From IMG/VR virus record IMGVR_UViG_3300017971_002799, positions 1 through 64,000 of that record: a stretch of 64,000 bases of DNA, one strand, 5' to 3'. Under the pieces are notes generated by a model. The model saw nothing but the letters and a program-made list of their open reading frames with translations, was not told where the DNA came from and ran no database searches. The position numbers were made by a program, and so were the translations under genes. The stretch's first letter is position 1. Every line of letters begins with the position of its first letter. This DNA is from a virus. Taxonomy: Duplodnaviria; Heunggongvirae; Uroviricota; Caudoviricetes. Shown here in pieces: positions 53,807 through 62,855 of this stretch.

Positions 53807-53940
53807 CCTTTACTCCTCGGCTTCGCTCCAGGGCTCATAGCATCCCAAACTCCCCAGAGAAAATCGCCACTAATTTGTTTCATTCCCTGAGTGAATCCCT
53901 TTGGCAGCAGCTTTCTTTGCCTTTGCATCATCGGCCTCCT

Positions 53941-54108
53941 TCAAGAAATCCAATACAAACCTTCGAACTCAGAAACATCCCAACCAAAAAGGTTGTGCAA
54001 AAACCAGTTCCAGTAAATCTCTACATAAAAGTAGCTTAGCACAAGAAGTACGCAAAGCAAAAAGATTAGCAAGGCGACTTGTTTATCACCCAACTTTCTC
54101 TTTGCCAT
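53941..54108 (-). CDS. small membrane protein (55 aa)
   Basis: Not in the ORF track; SD aaggagtatagtctttATG; MAKRKLGDKQVALLIFLLCVLLVLSYFYVEIYWNWF... Confidence 0.4.
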   Translation of the reverse strand: MAKRKLGDKQVALLIFLLCVLLVLSYFYVEIYWNWFLHNLFGWDVSEFEGLYWIS

Positions 54109-54218
54109 AAAGACTATACTCCTTAAGCATACTAGGAATGTCTAACGCCGCTCTAACGAAAGCAAGAAAGAGTGCACTAAGAACTAACCCCCAAGCGAGT
54201 GTTATTGACCAAAATTCG

Positions 54219-55439
54219 TTATGCTTGTAAAGAACTTTTCTTAAAACCCTTACCAACATAATTACTCCTATACCTAATCCATTTGGGAGTTAACTGCTTA
54301 TCCTTAATCTCCAAAGCTACTAACCCAAGTAAAGCGAAGTAAAAAGGCATCCACAGATTAAACCACCACCAATCGGCGCTCCCAGTAGCAGACATGATAA
54401 AGATAGCAAGTAATGCATATCTGTATCTCTTACTGTGGTAAATAGCAACAAGTGTAACAAACAACCAGGAAAGAGCAGCCACCACTCCCATATTGTCAAG
54501 TAATACCAGAGGAACATTATGTAAATTTATACCATATCTGTTAGACTGCCCATGAAGACCTCCATCTTCATCTTTTTCCAAATCCAATCCGTGTCCCACG
54601 AAACTAAAGTTCCGTAAAGCCTCTCCATTAGCATCAAGCCTCGTATTCAAGGACTGTGCTCCCCTCAAGCTACCCTTTTCCCAAGCATCCTGAACCTGAT
54701 TCACTTGCCAAACTCTCTCTTGTATACTAGTTGAGGAAGCAACAACCACGACTAGGAGTAAAACAAAACATCCGAGGGTTGTTAAGAACTTCTTGCTTAA
54801 ATTTACTTCTTTCTTCACTAAAGCAATAAAGCCACAACCCACTAAGGCCATTAAGGCCCAGTACGAACCCGTAAAGAGTATTGTTATCATAGCAGGAAAC
54901 GCTAACCACTTCCACCTACCTCCCAATAGAAAAATACAAACTACAAGTATAGAAGCTACCTGATCGGTGTTCTCAGAAAAACCGGTTGCCCTCGCTATAA
55001 AAGCCTCATGCTCAAGTAGTCTGTTAACACCATCCCACATTACACTTGCACTGAGAATCATAATTATAGGAACAGCAAACCAGGTTAAGTTATATCCCTT
55101 GCGCATCGAAGCTAGATAAAGTAAGAACATAAAAGTAAGTGTGACGAAGTAAAATATACCAATACTCAAATCATCGTCTAGAAAAATCCACATAAAAGAT
55201 GAAGCCACGATTAAGAGTAACGGTATATAAACTACCTTTGGACCAAAGGACAGCTCCTTCCTCTTAAACCATAGTGTTCCGAATACTCCTGCAAAGAAGA
55301 GCATAAAAGCCAATACAGTGGACGAACCCGTTCCCCAAGGCATTCCTCTAAAAGACAGAAAGACGAAACCAATTATCATATACAATAAAAGAAAGTCAAC
55401 CTTCCTGCCAAATAACATCTTACCCTGATTCTTTTCCAC
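54219..55439 (-). CDS. O-antigen ligase/polymerase-family (Wzy_C-like) polytopic membrane protein
   Basis: About 10 TM helices and a large loop with VGHGLDLEKDEDGGLHGQSNRYGINLHNVPLVLLDNMGVVAAL (Wzy_C GxG...H.HN..L..L.E.G..G). Confidence 0.5.
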   Translation of the reverse strand: MEKNQGKMLFGRKVDFLLLYMIIGFVFLSFRGMPWGTGSSTVLAFMLFFAGVFGTLWFKRKELSFGPKVVYIPLLLIVASSFMWIFLDDDLSIGIFYFVTLTFMFLLYLASMRKGYNLTWFAVPIIMILSASVMWDGVNRLLEHEAFIARATGFSENTDQVASILVVCIFLLGGRWKWLAFPAMITILFTGSYWALMALVGCGFIALVKKEVNLSKKFLTTLGCFVLLLVVVVASSTSIQERVWQVNQVQDAWEKGSLRGAQSLNTRLDANGEALRNFSFVGHGLDLEKDEDGGLHGQSNRYGINLHNVPLVLLDNMGVVAALSWLFVTLVAIYHSKRYRYALLAIFIMSATGSADWWWFNLWMPFYFALLGLVALEIKDKQLTPKWIRYRSNYVGKGFKKSSLQA

Positions 55440-55692
55440 TTGTAAGACTCCTCCTCGCTCTTCTACTCAGTTTCCAACCTATGTAACCCAAGCAACCACC
55501 GATCACTGATATCGCAAAGAGCCACAACCACGTCTTATTAGAATAAGTAGTCCACAACCACTCATCCCACTCGAAATCACCTCTCAACAGACGTCGACTC
55601 TCTGTCCCAGCAAGAGTTAAGACTATTACTGTAAGTACTGGCATCAGTAAGATCAAAAAACATCGGATCCTCTCGCTCCATGTACGCAACAT
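55420..55692 (-). CDS. small membrane protein (overlaps 3' end of the next ORF by 116 nt; boundaries uncertain)
   Basis: Two TM helices. Confidence 0.35.
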   Translation of the reverse strand: MLRTWSERIRCFLILLMPVLTVIVLTLAGTESRRLLRGDFEWDEWLWTTYSNKTWLWLFAISVIGGCLGYIGWKLSRRARRSLTSGKESG

Positions 55693-57034
55693 AAACCCTC
55701 CTATCAGAATTTAACGCGGCAACAAGGTGACACCACTCCTCAAAGTTTTCATTCATCTTTGGTTGATCAGCCTCTTCGAAAACCGCAGGAACTACTACAC
55801 CTTCTTTTTCCAAGTTCTCAATATAAGTAGCATAACGATCATCCCAATAAACCTTAGCATAACGCATTAAAGCTATGTCGTTATCTTCTTTTAAGTTATG
55901 GTACTCTGTTATCAATCCCGGATGAGCCCAAGCACTTGTAATAATAATACTACCATCCTGTACTTCATCAAGGATATGGTAAAACTGTCTAGCAGTAGTT
56001 GGGTCTTCGTCAACATTTCTGTCGAGATCGTAAGTGATAACGTTATTAGCCATTAACACTATCGGTATCAACAAGAATATCGGGGTCGCCCACTTATAGG
56101 GAACTCGACTAAATCCCCAACCCGCGAGGACTGCAGCAAATGCTGAAACGAACGTGAGATAAGTCACCCATTGAGGAAGTAGCGAGAACATATAAAGACC
56201 CAACACTGCTAGACAGATTGAAGAAACTAAATACACCTCCTTACTCCTCTTCAAGTACAGATACAGAGGTATAGTAAAACCGAAACTGAGCCCGCCAACA
56301 AGAGCAAACTCATACCATCTATCAAGCGTGCTGCTAAAAGGAACAACAGGTAAAGCTCCTACTATTTGTAGTATATCAAAGACAGTCATTCCCGATTCTG
56401 CTAAGCCGTTGTCTGCACTGCTATCAGAAAAGACCATCTGAAGATAAGCTAAGAACCCTAATGAACCAAAAGCTGACAATTTGAGAACGTACTTCCAATC
56501 CTTATTCTTATGGAAGAAGACGTAAACCATACAGGGTATAATAGCAAACGTGACAATTGGATGAAGACCTAAACCCAAAGCAAACACAAATGTGGCCCAG
56601 TAAAAGCGATGCTTCAAAACGAAATAGGTACCGCCTATCATTACTAGTAACGTAGGGGTATATACTTCCGGGATCGTACTTTGAGTCCAAGCTATGAAGG
56701 AACCTGCATAAACAAGAGCTCCAACATAAGGAGCCCACTTATTTGGTGTAAAGTGTCTAACAGAAAGGAATATAAATATACATACACCCAAGGAACACAA
56801 AGCACTGAGGACAGCGCCCCACCAATAAGGATTGCCTGGCATGTGAACGAAAGGCCACGCTATTATCATCCACATCGGGTAACCAGCGAGAATAGCCGGT
56901 TCCATATACTCAGCAGAACCTACGTAACTAAACATGTCTGAACCTAAGTTCATCCATGTCATGTCAGTTGTTAAGCCAAAAAGGTAATAAACAAAAATAA
57001 CACTAAAGAATAAAATCTCTCTCCAGTATCTCAC
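55577..57034 (-). CDS. GT-C-fold membrane glycosyltransferase-like protein (ArnT/PMT-like topology)
   Basis: About 12 TM helices, an acidic motif in the first loop (TTDMTWMNLGSDMF), and a C-terminal soluble domain; GTG start. Confidence 0.4.
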   Translation of the reverse strand: MRYWREILFFSVIFVYYLFGLTTDMTWMNLGSDMFSYVGSAEYMEPAILAGYPMWMIIAWPFVHMPGNPYWWGAVLSALCSLGVCIFIFLSVRHFTPNKWAPYVGALVYAGSFIAWTQSTIPEVYTPTLLVMIGGTYFVLKHRFYWATFVFALGLGLHPIVTFAIIPCMVYVFFHKNKDWKYVLKLSAFGSLGFLAYLQMVFSDSSADNGLAESGMTVFDILQIVGALPVVPFSSTLDRWYEFALVGGLSFGFTIPLYLYLKRSKEVYLVSSICLAVLGLYMFSLLPQWVTYLTFVSAFAAVLAGWGFSRVPYKWATPIFLLIPIVLMANNVITYDLDRNVDEDPTTARQFYHILDEVQDGSIIITSAWAHPGLITEYHNLKEDNDIALMRYAKVYWDDRYATYIENLEKEGVVVPAVFEEADQPKMNENFEEWCHLVAALNSDRRVYVAYMEREDPMFFDLTDASTYSNSLNSCWDRESTSVER

Positions 57035-57154
57035 ACATCACCACCCTAACACATTACTTGAGACATAAGCCAGAATGCAAGAAGAACTCCACCAACAATT
57101 ACTAATTTCTTTCCCACTAATCTCCTCCTATACTATACTTGAATACAACTGAAA

Positions 57155-57718
57155 CTAAATCTGCAAACCCTTTAACTGTTCGACAAAAGGTGTTTCGGTA
57201 TCGCTTCCTTCCTCGGGCATTAAACTAACCTTAAGAAGTTTCCTCTGTTCTGTAAGATCTACAACAAAGGTTTTCCTTCTACTGAATCTTCTTTCATGCG
57301 CATCAATTACAGACGTAAAAGGTTTTATACCCAATCTACACTCAATAAGGACATCACAAGAACGCCGAATCCTCTTATCTATGTGATAAAACTCGTTCGC
57401 ACCTATTAGCACGATATTATCACGAGTCCGGGAAGTAACTGTAAAATAAGTAAACAACTTATTGAGCTTACCCATCACGTTCCTGGAGTCAAAGAATGCG
57501 TACGCTCTATTCAAGCAGACACACGAATTACATATTCCATCCCCTTCAAGTACCTCCACTAACACATCCGCATCGAAAATCTCGGAGCCTTCAAAAGCAA
57601 ACTCATCTTGTGCCCCAGCGTAGTAAAGTGTTCTACCACCGTCCATCTCTTCTTTAGCCAAGTAGGCTAGGTACTCCCTTGCACCCGAGTAATCATGACC
57701 CACAACAGCTGCAATCAT
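57155..57718 (-). CDS. Zot-like NTPase paralog with degenerate Walker A
   Basis: Shares FFDSRNVMGKLNKLFTYFTVTSRTRDNIVLIGANEFYHIDKRIRRSCDVLIEC with ORF 58991 (LLDSRNSVGKINKLLTYFVVQTRKRNVDLYVCTHHIDHVDKRLRRAVDIRGTC) but lacks GxxGKS. Confidence 0.4.
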   Translation of the reverse strand: MIAAVVGHDYSGAREYLAYLAKEEMDGGRTLYYAGAQDEFAFEGSEIFDADVLVEVLEGDGICNSCVCLNRAYAFFDSRNVMGKLNKLFTYFTVTSRTRDNIVLIGANEFYHIDKRIRRSCDVLIECRLGIKPFTSVIDAHERRFSRRKTFVVDLTEQRKLLKVSLMPEEGSDTETPFVEQLKGLQI

Positions 57719-57742
57719 TAAAATCCTCCTATACTATAAACT

Positions 57743-57862
57743 CTACAAGTCCTTTGCAGTAATCTCTTTCTTATTTCTTTTTAAACGAATAAAGAGACCT
57801 ACAAGACCAACTGCTACAGTGACTGCCCCGGCAATAACACTTAGCCTTCGCTTGTTAACCAT
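57743..57862 (-). CDS. small membrane protein (39 aa)
   Basis: Not in the ORF track; SD gaaggaggggggtgatatATG; MVNKRRLSVIAGAVTVAVGLVGLFIRLKRNKKEITAKDL. Confidence 0.4.
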   Translation of the reverse strand: MVNKRRLSVIAGAVTVAVGLVGLFIRLKRNKKEITAKDL

Positions 57863-57902
57863 ATATCACCCCCCTCCTTCTGAGTCAATTAATAGCTCTG
57901 AC

Positions 57903-58406
57903 TTATTCGCTATTCAAGACAGTAACCAAAGCCTCTCTCTTGGAACGCCAGTCACGCCCAAACTGTCCGTTTATACCACACTTCAGTAATATTATTTGGT
58001 AATTCCACCAAACAGTTGTTGTAGACATTCCCAAAATACCAGCCACCCTCTGATGCGAGTGTCCCAAAGCAAACAGGTCAGCCATTAAGCGCTCTTTCTT
58101 TGTTAAGTGAAAAGAGTTCTTAATACTGGTATCAAGAGTACCGTCCTCCTGCAAGCGATCTACAATTCCGTCTCTCATAAGTAACCAAACCAAAGCGGCT
58201 CGGGGATTATGATCACTCTCTTTATCAGGCGCCAGTCTTGTTTTATTGTAAATCGCATTTATATGTCTCTCAGCTGAGTTCAGCTCCAAAAAGAGTTTTT
58301 CCGATATAGCAGAATTTCTATAACCTCTAGCAATCCAGTAACAAACCTGCAACTCCCTTCGAGTTAAGAGACTCCAATCCACCTTTGTAGTCTCGTGCGT
58401 ATACAT
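57903..58406 (-). CDS. tandem LuxR/GerE-type HTH transcription regulator (two HTH domains, no receiver)
   Basis: LTRRELQVCYWIARGYRNSAISEKLFLELNSAERHINAIYNKT and LTKKERLMADLFALGHSHQRVAGILGMSTTTVWWNYQIILLKCG. Confidence 0.5.
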   Translation of the reverse strand: MYTHETTKVDWSLLTRRELQVCYWIARGYRNSAISEKLFLELNSAERHINAIYNKTRLAPDKESDHNPRAALVWLLMRDGIVDRLQEDGTLDTSIKNSFHLTKKERLMADLFALGHSHQRVAGILGMSTTTVWWNYQIILLKCGINGQFGRDWRSKREALVTVLNSE

Positions 58407-58436
58407 ACAACCTCCTTTAAATTTAAAACAACCCCT

Positions 58437-58739
58437 TTATAGTTTCGTTCTCTTCATTGGCAAAGGACTCAAAGCGGGGTTGTGAGTCATCACACCAGCT
58501 TGCTTCATGCTTCCCTTGGCAGCAGTAAGAAAAGATCTCAAAGTGCCTAAGTCAGTTAATCTATTGAGACCCAAATCCCTCATCCAATTCGGACCATACT
58601 GCTTCTTCAACTGCTTGATAACAGCCTCCCTCTGGGCTATCGTTTCCTCTCTGGAAGTAACCTCTTCCTCAATCTCAAGTCTGGCGGCTTCCTCATACAG
58701 TTGGTCCTCTGATCTCTTTTTCCCGTCTAACACTCCCAT
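58437..58739 (-). CDS. hypothetical protein
   Basis: ORF track. Confidence 0.45.
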   Translation of the reverse strand: MGVLDGKKRSEDQLYEEAARLEIEEEVTSREETIAQREAVIKQLKKQYGPNWMRDLGLNRLTDLGTLRSFLTAAKGSMKQAGVMTHNPALSPLPMKRTKL

Positions 58740-58972
58740 TAGACTCTACCTCCTGTAAGCTCTTGGACAAGTCCTGCTCTCTCAAGCTTACGCATCTCAC
58801 TCAACAACACACCTCGAGTATAACCGGAAGTAGCTAAAAGCTCGCTTTCCGTTGCTGTGTGTCCATGAGCCGAATAGAGATAATCGAGTAGAGGATCTCT
58901 ATCGCCCATAACGATACTACCTGCTTTCTTTTTCCCCAACTTCATAATTTTCCACATTCTCTCTACAGACAT
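58739..58972 (-). CDS. small winged-helix DNA-binding protein
   Basis: ATESELLATSGYTRGVLLSEMRKLERAGLVQEL. Confidence 0.5.
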   Translation of the reverse strand: MSVERMWKIMKLGKKKAGSIVMGDRDPLLDYLYSAHGHTATESELLATSGYTRGVLLSEMRKLERAGLVQELTGGRV

Positions 58973-58990
58973 CTACTCTTCCTCCTATGT

Positions 58991-59659
58991 CTACATAACG
59001 TCTTCGAGACTAACCGACTTTTGCTTGGATGTTAGAGCTATTCTCTCCTCTGTATCATAAAGATTCCAATACATAGCTGCGGGAACAATTATCTTGCGAA
59101 CACGTTGCCAGCTTCTGGAAGCTCTTCTGTTAAAGAACGTTACCTGTGAGAAGCCAGTCTTGCCCTCGCCAAAGCAACGACCACAAGTATTAGGAGGCAT
59201 TCTCTTTTCCCAAGCATCATAGGTTACGTCGCCCTTAAACTCACCAGTTCCACCACAACGTTTACAAGGCTCTTCAAGAGTAAACTTACAAGTGCCTCTG
59301 ATGTCTACAGCCCTGCGTAGTCGTTTATCAACGTGATCAATATGATGAGTACAAACATAAAGATCCACATTTCTTTTCCTAGTTTGTACAACAAAGTAAG
59401 TCAAAAGCTTGTTTATTTTACCAACGGAATTTCGACTATCAAGTAGCTGGTACATCTCATCTAGCCATATATCACAGTTGGTAAGCTCGTCGTCTTCAAT
59501 ATGCTTTAAGAAGTAAGCTAAGTCGAAATGAGTATACTCAAAATTGAGTGTAGTGTTAGCGATTATCCTACGATCGTGATGAAAATAGTCATTATGTAAG
59601 AGAGCGCATGCGGAGATAGACTTACCTGCACCCTGTATCCCCTCCAGTGTAATTATCAT
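58991..59659 (-). CDS. Zot-like P-loop NTPase with C-terminal zinc ribbons
   Basis: Walker A ITLEGIQGAGKS; Walker B IWLDE; a Zot-like THHIDHVDKRLRRAVD segment; CKRCGGTG...CGRCFGEG. Confidence 0.45.
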   Translation of the reverse strand: MIITLEGIQGAGKSISACALLHNDYFHHDRRIIANTTLNFEYTHFDLAYFLKHIEDDELTNCDIWLDEMYQLLDSRNSVGKINKLLTYFVVQTRKRNVDLYVCTHHIDHVDKRLRRAVDIRGTCKFTLEEPCKRCGGTGEFKGDVTYDAWEKRMPPNTCGRCFGEGKTGFSQVTFFNRRASRSWQRVRKIIVPAAMYWNLYDTEERIALTSKQKSVSLEDVM

Positions 59660-59973
59660 TAGTCCTCTCCTACATCCATACCCCTTCTGACAGCAAGAGC
59701 AACTTCTGCATATTCATCACGTCCCTTTCTGTCTTTACTAACCTCAAGAGTGTACAGCTCCCTTAACATGCTCTCAATTATTGGAGACTTATACCGCTTT
59801 TGAATAACACCTGCCACAGTCAATGGAAACATTAATTCAGGAGTAATCTCCGTTAACTGCTTCAGCCTAGCCATCTTACGAGTCTCAAAGTAACTGTCAA
59901 TTAAAGCAGTTTCTTCACCACCCCCTCCCATTGAGACTATGCCACCGATAGCTCCACTAGACCTACTAGACAT
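59659..59973 (-). CDS. hypothetical protein
   Basis: ORF track; start abuts the upstream stop. Confidence 0.45.
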   Translation of the reverse strand: MSSRSSGAIGGIVSMGGGGEETALIDSYFETRKMARLKQLTEITPELMFPLTVAGVIQKRYKSPIIESMLRELYTLEVSKDRKGRDEYAEVALAVRRGMDVGED

Positions 59974-59988
59974 TTACAACCTCCCTTT

Positions 59989-60237
59989 TTAAGATCTTAA
60001 TAATATCTGGCCCTGATTCAACTCCTTTACACGAATAGAGAAAGGCGGCTCAAGAACTCCCGACCTCTTAGCCTCTCGCGCCATCATTTCCAACTTAGAC
60101 TTACTAGTACCGAGCACAACAAAAGAACCCGTCTGAGCTAAGTCTGGCCCATGAGCGTTAAAACCCCTATCTCTCAAAAAGTCATGAAAAGACACAGCAG
60201 CCATAGGTGAACCTGTTGTAATAAAATAAGAAGCCAT
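59989..60237 (-). CDS. hypothetical protein
   Basis: ORF track. Confidence 0.45.
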   Translation of the reverse strand: MASYFITTGSPMAAVSFHDFLRDRGFNAHGPDLAQTGSFVVLGTSKSKLEMMAREAKRSGVLEPPFSIRVKELNQGQILLRS

Positions 60238-60497
60238 TAAAACCTCCTACGAGCGCGCCTCTCAGACTTCTGATCCAACCAAGACTGTCGTCTAGCATTT
60301 GACTTGTCTCTATAGCTTTGCTTAGCAGGTCGACCACTCGTATACTCTTTAATAGCAACGATCAACATCCAGAAAGCTAATAGCAAACAAGTATATTGCA
60401 AGTATACAAAACTTGAATGTGTACTCGTATGCTCGGCAAAGAAAAAGAAGCCAAATAAACCAGCGGTCGTAGCTGCTAAATAAAGAACCAAATTCAA
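60237..60497 (-). CDS. small membrane protein with basic C-terminus
   Basis: Two TM helices and an RRQSWLDQKSERRARRRF tail. Confidence 0.45.
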   Translation of the reverse strand: MNLVLYLAATTAGLFGFFFFAEHTSTHSSFVYLQYTCLLLAFWMLIVAIKEYTSGRPAKQSYRDKSNARRQSWLDQKSERRARRRF

Positions 60498-60512
60498 AAC
60501 GTCACCTCCTTA

Positions 60513-60770
60513 CTACGTCGACTTGCTTTGAACGTAAAGAATCATATCCAAAACGTCGAGCTCACCATCACCATTCCGGTCGCCAATCTTTTTCCAGTCA
60601 ACCTCATTAGAAGGAACAGTTACAGGAATTTCAACAACCTCGGACCCCGACTCCTTATCCGTAAAAATTAAAAATCCTCCTAAAGTGACGAGACCAACAA
60701 CAAAAGCAATACCTATAAACCGCTTATTGTTAAATAGACTTTTCAACATAAAACCTCCCCCTCCATACAC
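60513..60770 (-). CDS. membrane-anchored protein with dockerin-like Ca-binding repeat
   Basis: N-terminal TM helix; IGDRNGDGELDVLDMILYVQ resembles the dockerin type I repeat (GDxNGDGxxNxxDxxLLxxY). Confidence 0.4.
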   Translation of the reverse strand: MYGGGGFMLKSLFNNKRFIGIAFVVGLVTLGGFLIFTDKESGSEVVEIPVTVPSNEVDWKKIGDRNGDGELDVLDMILYVQSKST

Positions 60771-60778
60771 TTTTTTTT

Positions 60779-62854
60779 TTAAAAGAACATTCCACCAGGA
60801 CCACCAAAAGGACTTATCAAACTATTACTTCTACCTGGAGGCCCCCCCGGCTCTGGTTCTGATATTTCGTAGGTAATCTTTAATACAGGTCTGTAAGATC
60901 CTCCTTGCTCTACCATATAAGCGTAGAAATACTCAGCACCATCTGCAACCAAATTCGGATCTGTAACAGACGCATCACCCACCATCCGTATTCCAAGGTC
61001 TGTCCAACCACCCACATCTACCTCGGCTAAGCCACTAGCATTAAGAACCCAATGGTTATACCCTGCAGTGTTAATACTACTACTAGTTATTGAATTATCT
61101 GATAATGCTGTACTCCCCCAATTAGCCACGTTATAGTCTGAGGCTTGTACTGCTGTATGTGTCCCAGGACTGCAAGAGTATACATTCCAACTAGCAGTAT
61201 ACCCAGCGTGCTCATCAACTACTGAGTGTCCGTATAAAGAAAATGTGCCAGATATAACAATTGCATTACTAGGTAAATCCGAAGTATCAAACATGAAGAC
61301 AGTTCTAGAATTCTGCTGATACTCAGCTGTACCACCTGCATCCTTATTGAATCCTGCGTAATCATTTGCATTTGTAGCATTAGAGTGAGTACCTGCACTT
61401 TCTACTACAGTAGTCCAAGACTGGCCCGCCGCGGGAATATATCTAGTAACTCTACCATCTGCACTAGGATAGTAAGTAGCCTTAACTTCCTCCGTGTATG
61501 TAACCTCTAATTTAGGTCTTGTAGCTCCTCCCTGATCTGTGGTGTAAAAGACGCAAGCCGTAGATTCATTATCGGCACCTGAAGAAGGTGTATTCCCTGC
61601 AGCATCGTAATAGGCTTCCCTTATACCAAACTCCGAAACACTTGTTGTACTAATTTTTGCTAAGCCTGTGCTATTTAAAGTAAAGTTATTAAATCCCGAC
61701 GTGTTATAGGAACCGTAACTAATCGAAGTAGCTAACTCAGTCGTCCCATAAGTTACATGATCAGCAGTCACCAACGCAGTGTTACTAGCCGGATTTGAAG
61801 TGTAGACATTTAAAGCAAAATTCGCACTTAAACTAAGAGCATCCTGCTTACTAGTGCCATAAATCGACAGAGTAGCTGCACTAATATTCGCATCATCCGG
61901 TAAAGAGCTAGTATCAAATAGCTCTATCTCTCTATATATACCCTTCCAATCACTACCCGTTCTAGAATTAAACTGAATTTGAGCGCTAGTCCAATCATCA
62001 TAAACATGAGTACCGGCTCCAGCCCTAATAGTAGCCCAATTCTCAGTTACATCCCATCTTAATGTACTGCCATCTACACTAGCACTCTCTGGATGAGCAT
62101 CGGGATAAAATGTAGCGCTATCACTTATTCTAACAGTGCCAAACTCCTCTAGAAGACTTTCAAGGTCCTCTATAGGAATAAATTCTCTATCCAACCCTCT
62201 GGCAAAAGTACCAAGAATCAGATTAAAATCCCCTTCCTGATTATAAACAAAGGTTACATCTTCCCCTGGAGACTCTGTAAACTCCCAATACCCTTGTATC
62301 TTACCTTCAATAAGACGAAGGTATCTACTACAGTATTTGTAATCCCATACCAGTACATTACTGGAATAATAAGAATTTATAGAATCAACATCCAATAGTT
62401 TAGGCGCAACACTTTTAGGAAAAACTTCACGCCCACCTAAAAACATTTGAGGGCTATACTGTAGTGTATCACCATTATTCAAACCATTACCCTGATCATT
62501 CTCGACTACGATAGTAGTTAAATTGTCGTCAACTATACATATGAAAGTATTCTGCTTAGAACTAAAATAACTACCATAATCAAGCCACTCAGGTTCTATA
62601 AGACTATTACGAGCATCCACATGAGGTAACTGGTCTATAACCATTACCTTCTCACCTGTTTTTGTGTTTCTATACACCTTAGAACAGGCCAGGCTCATAT
62701 CTACGCCTATAATATCATCATCAATACCCTCTCCATAATCTCGTTCGAGAACTAAGTCAGAGGTATTCGCCGTGACACTACCTATAGGCAAACCGCCTAA
62801 TATTAAAGCAAGTGTAAGTAGTAAGTAAAGTATTCTAAATTTCATTCCCATCAC
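60779..62854 (-). CDS. large Ser/Thr/Gly/Asn-rich beta-protein with N-terminal signal-like segment (tail-fibre or adhesin-like)
   Basis: N-terminal MMGMKFRILYLLLTLALILGGLPIGSVTA; long low-complexity TDxxGxT-rich sequence; Gly/Pro C-terminus. Confidence 0.45.
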   Translation of the reverse strand: MMGMKFRILYLLLTLALILGGLPIGSVTANTSDLVLERDYGEGIDDDIIGVDMSLACSKVYRNTKTGEKVMVIDQLPHVDARNSLIEPEWLDYGSYFSSKQNTFICIVDDNLTTIVVENDQGNGLNNGDTLQYSPQMFLGGREVFPKSVAPKLLDVDSINSYYSSNVLVWDYKYCSRYLRLIEGKIQGYWEFTESPGEDVTFVYNQEGDFNLILGTFARGLDREFIPIEDLESLLEEFGTVRISDSATFYPDAHPESASVDGSTLRWDVTENWATIRAGAGTHVYDDWTSAQIQFNSRTGSDWKGIYREIELFDTSSLPDDANISAATLSIYGTSKQDALSLSANFALNVYTSNPASNTALVTADHVTYGTTELATSISYGSYNTSGFNNFTLNSTGLAKISTTSVSEFGIREAYYDAAGNTPSSGADNESTACVFYTTDQGGATRPKLEVTYTEEVKATYYPSADGRVTRYIPAAGQSWTTVVESAGTHSNATNANDYAGFNKDAGGTAEYQQNSRTVFMFDTSDLPSNAIVISGTFSLYGHSVVDEHAGYTASWNVYSCSPGTHTAVQASDYNVANWGSTALSDNSITSSSINTAGYNHWVLNASGLAEVDVGGWTDLGIRMVGDASVTDPNLVADGAEYFYAYMVEQGGSYRPVLKITYEISEPEPGGPPGRSNSLISPFGGPGGMFF

Positions 62855-62855
62855 C

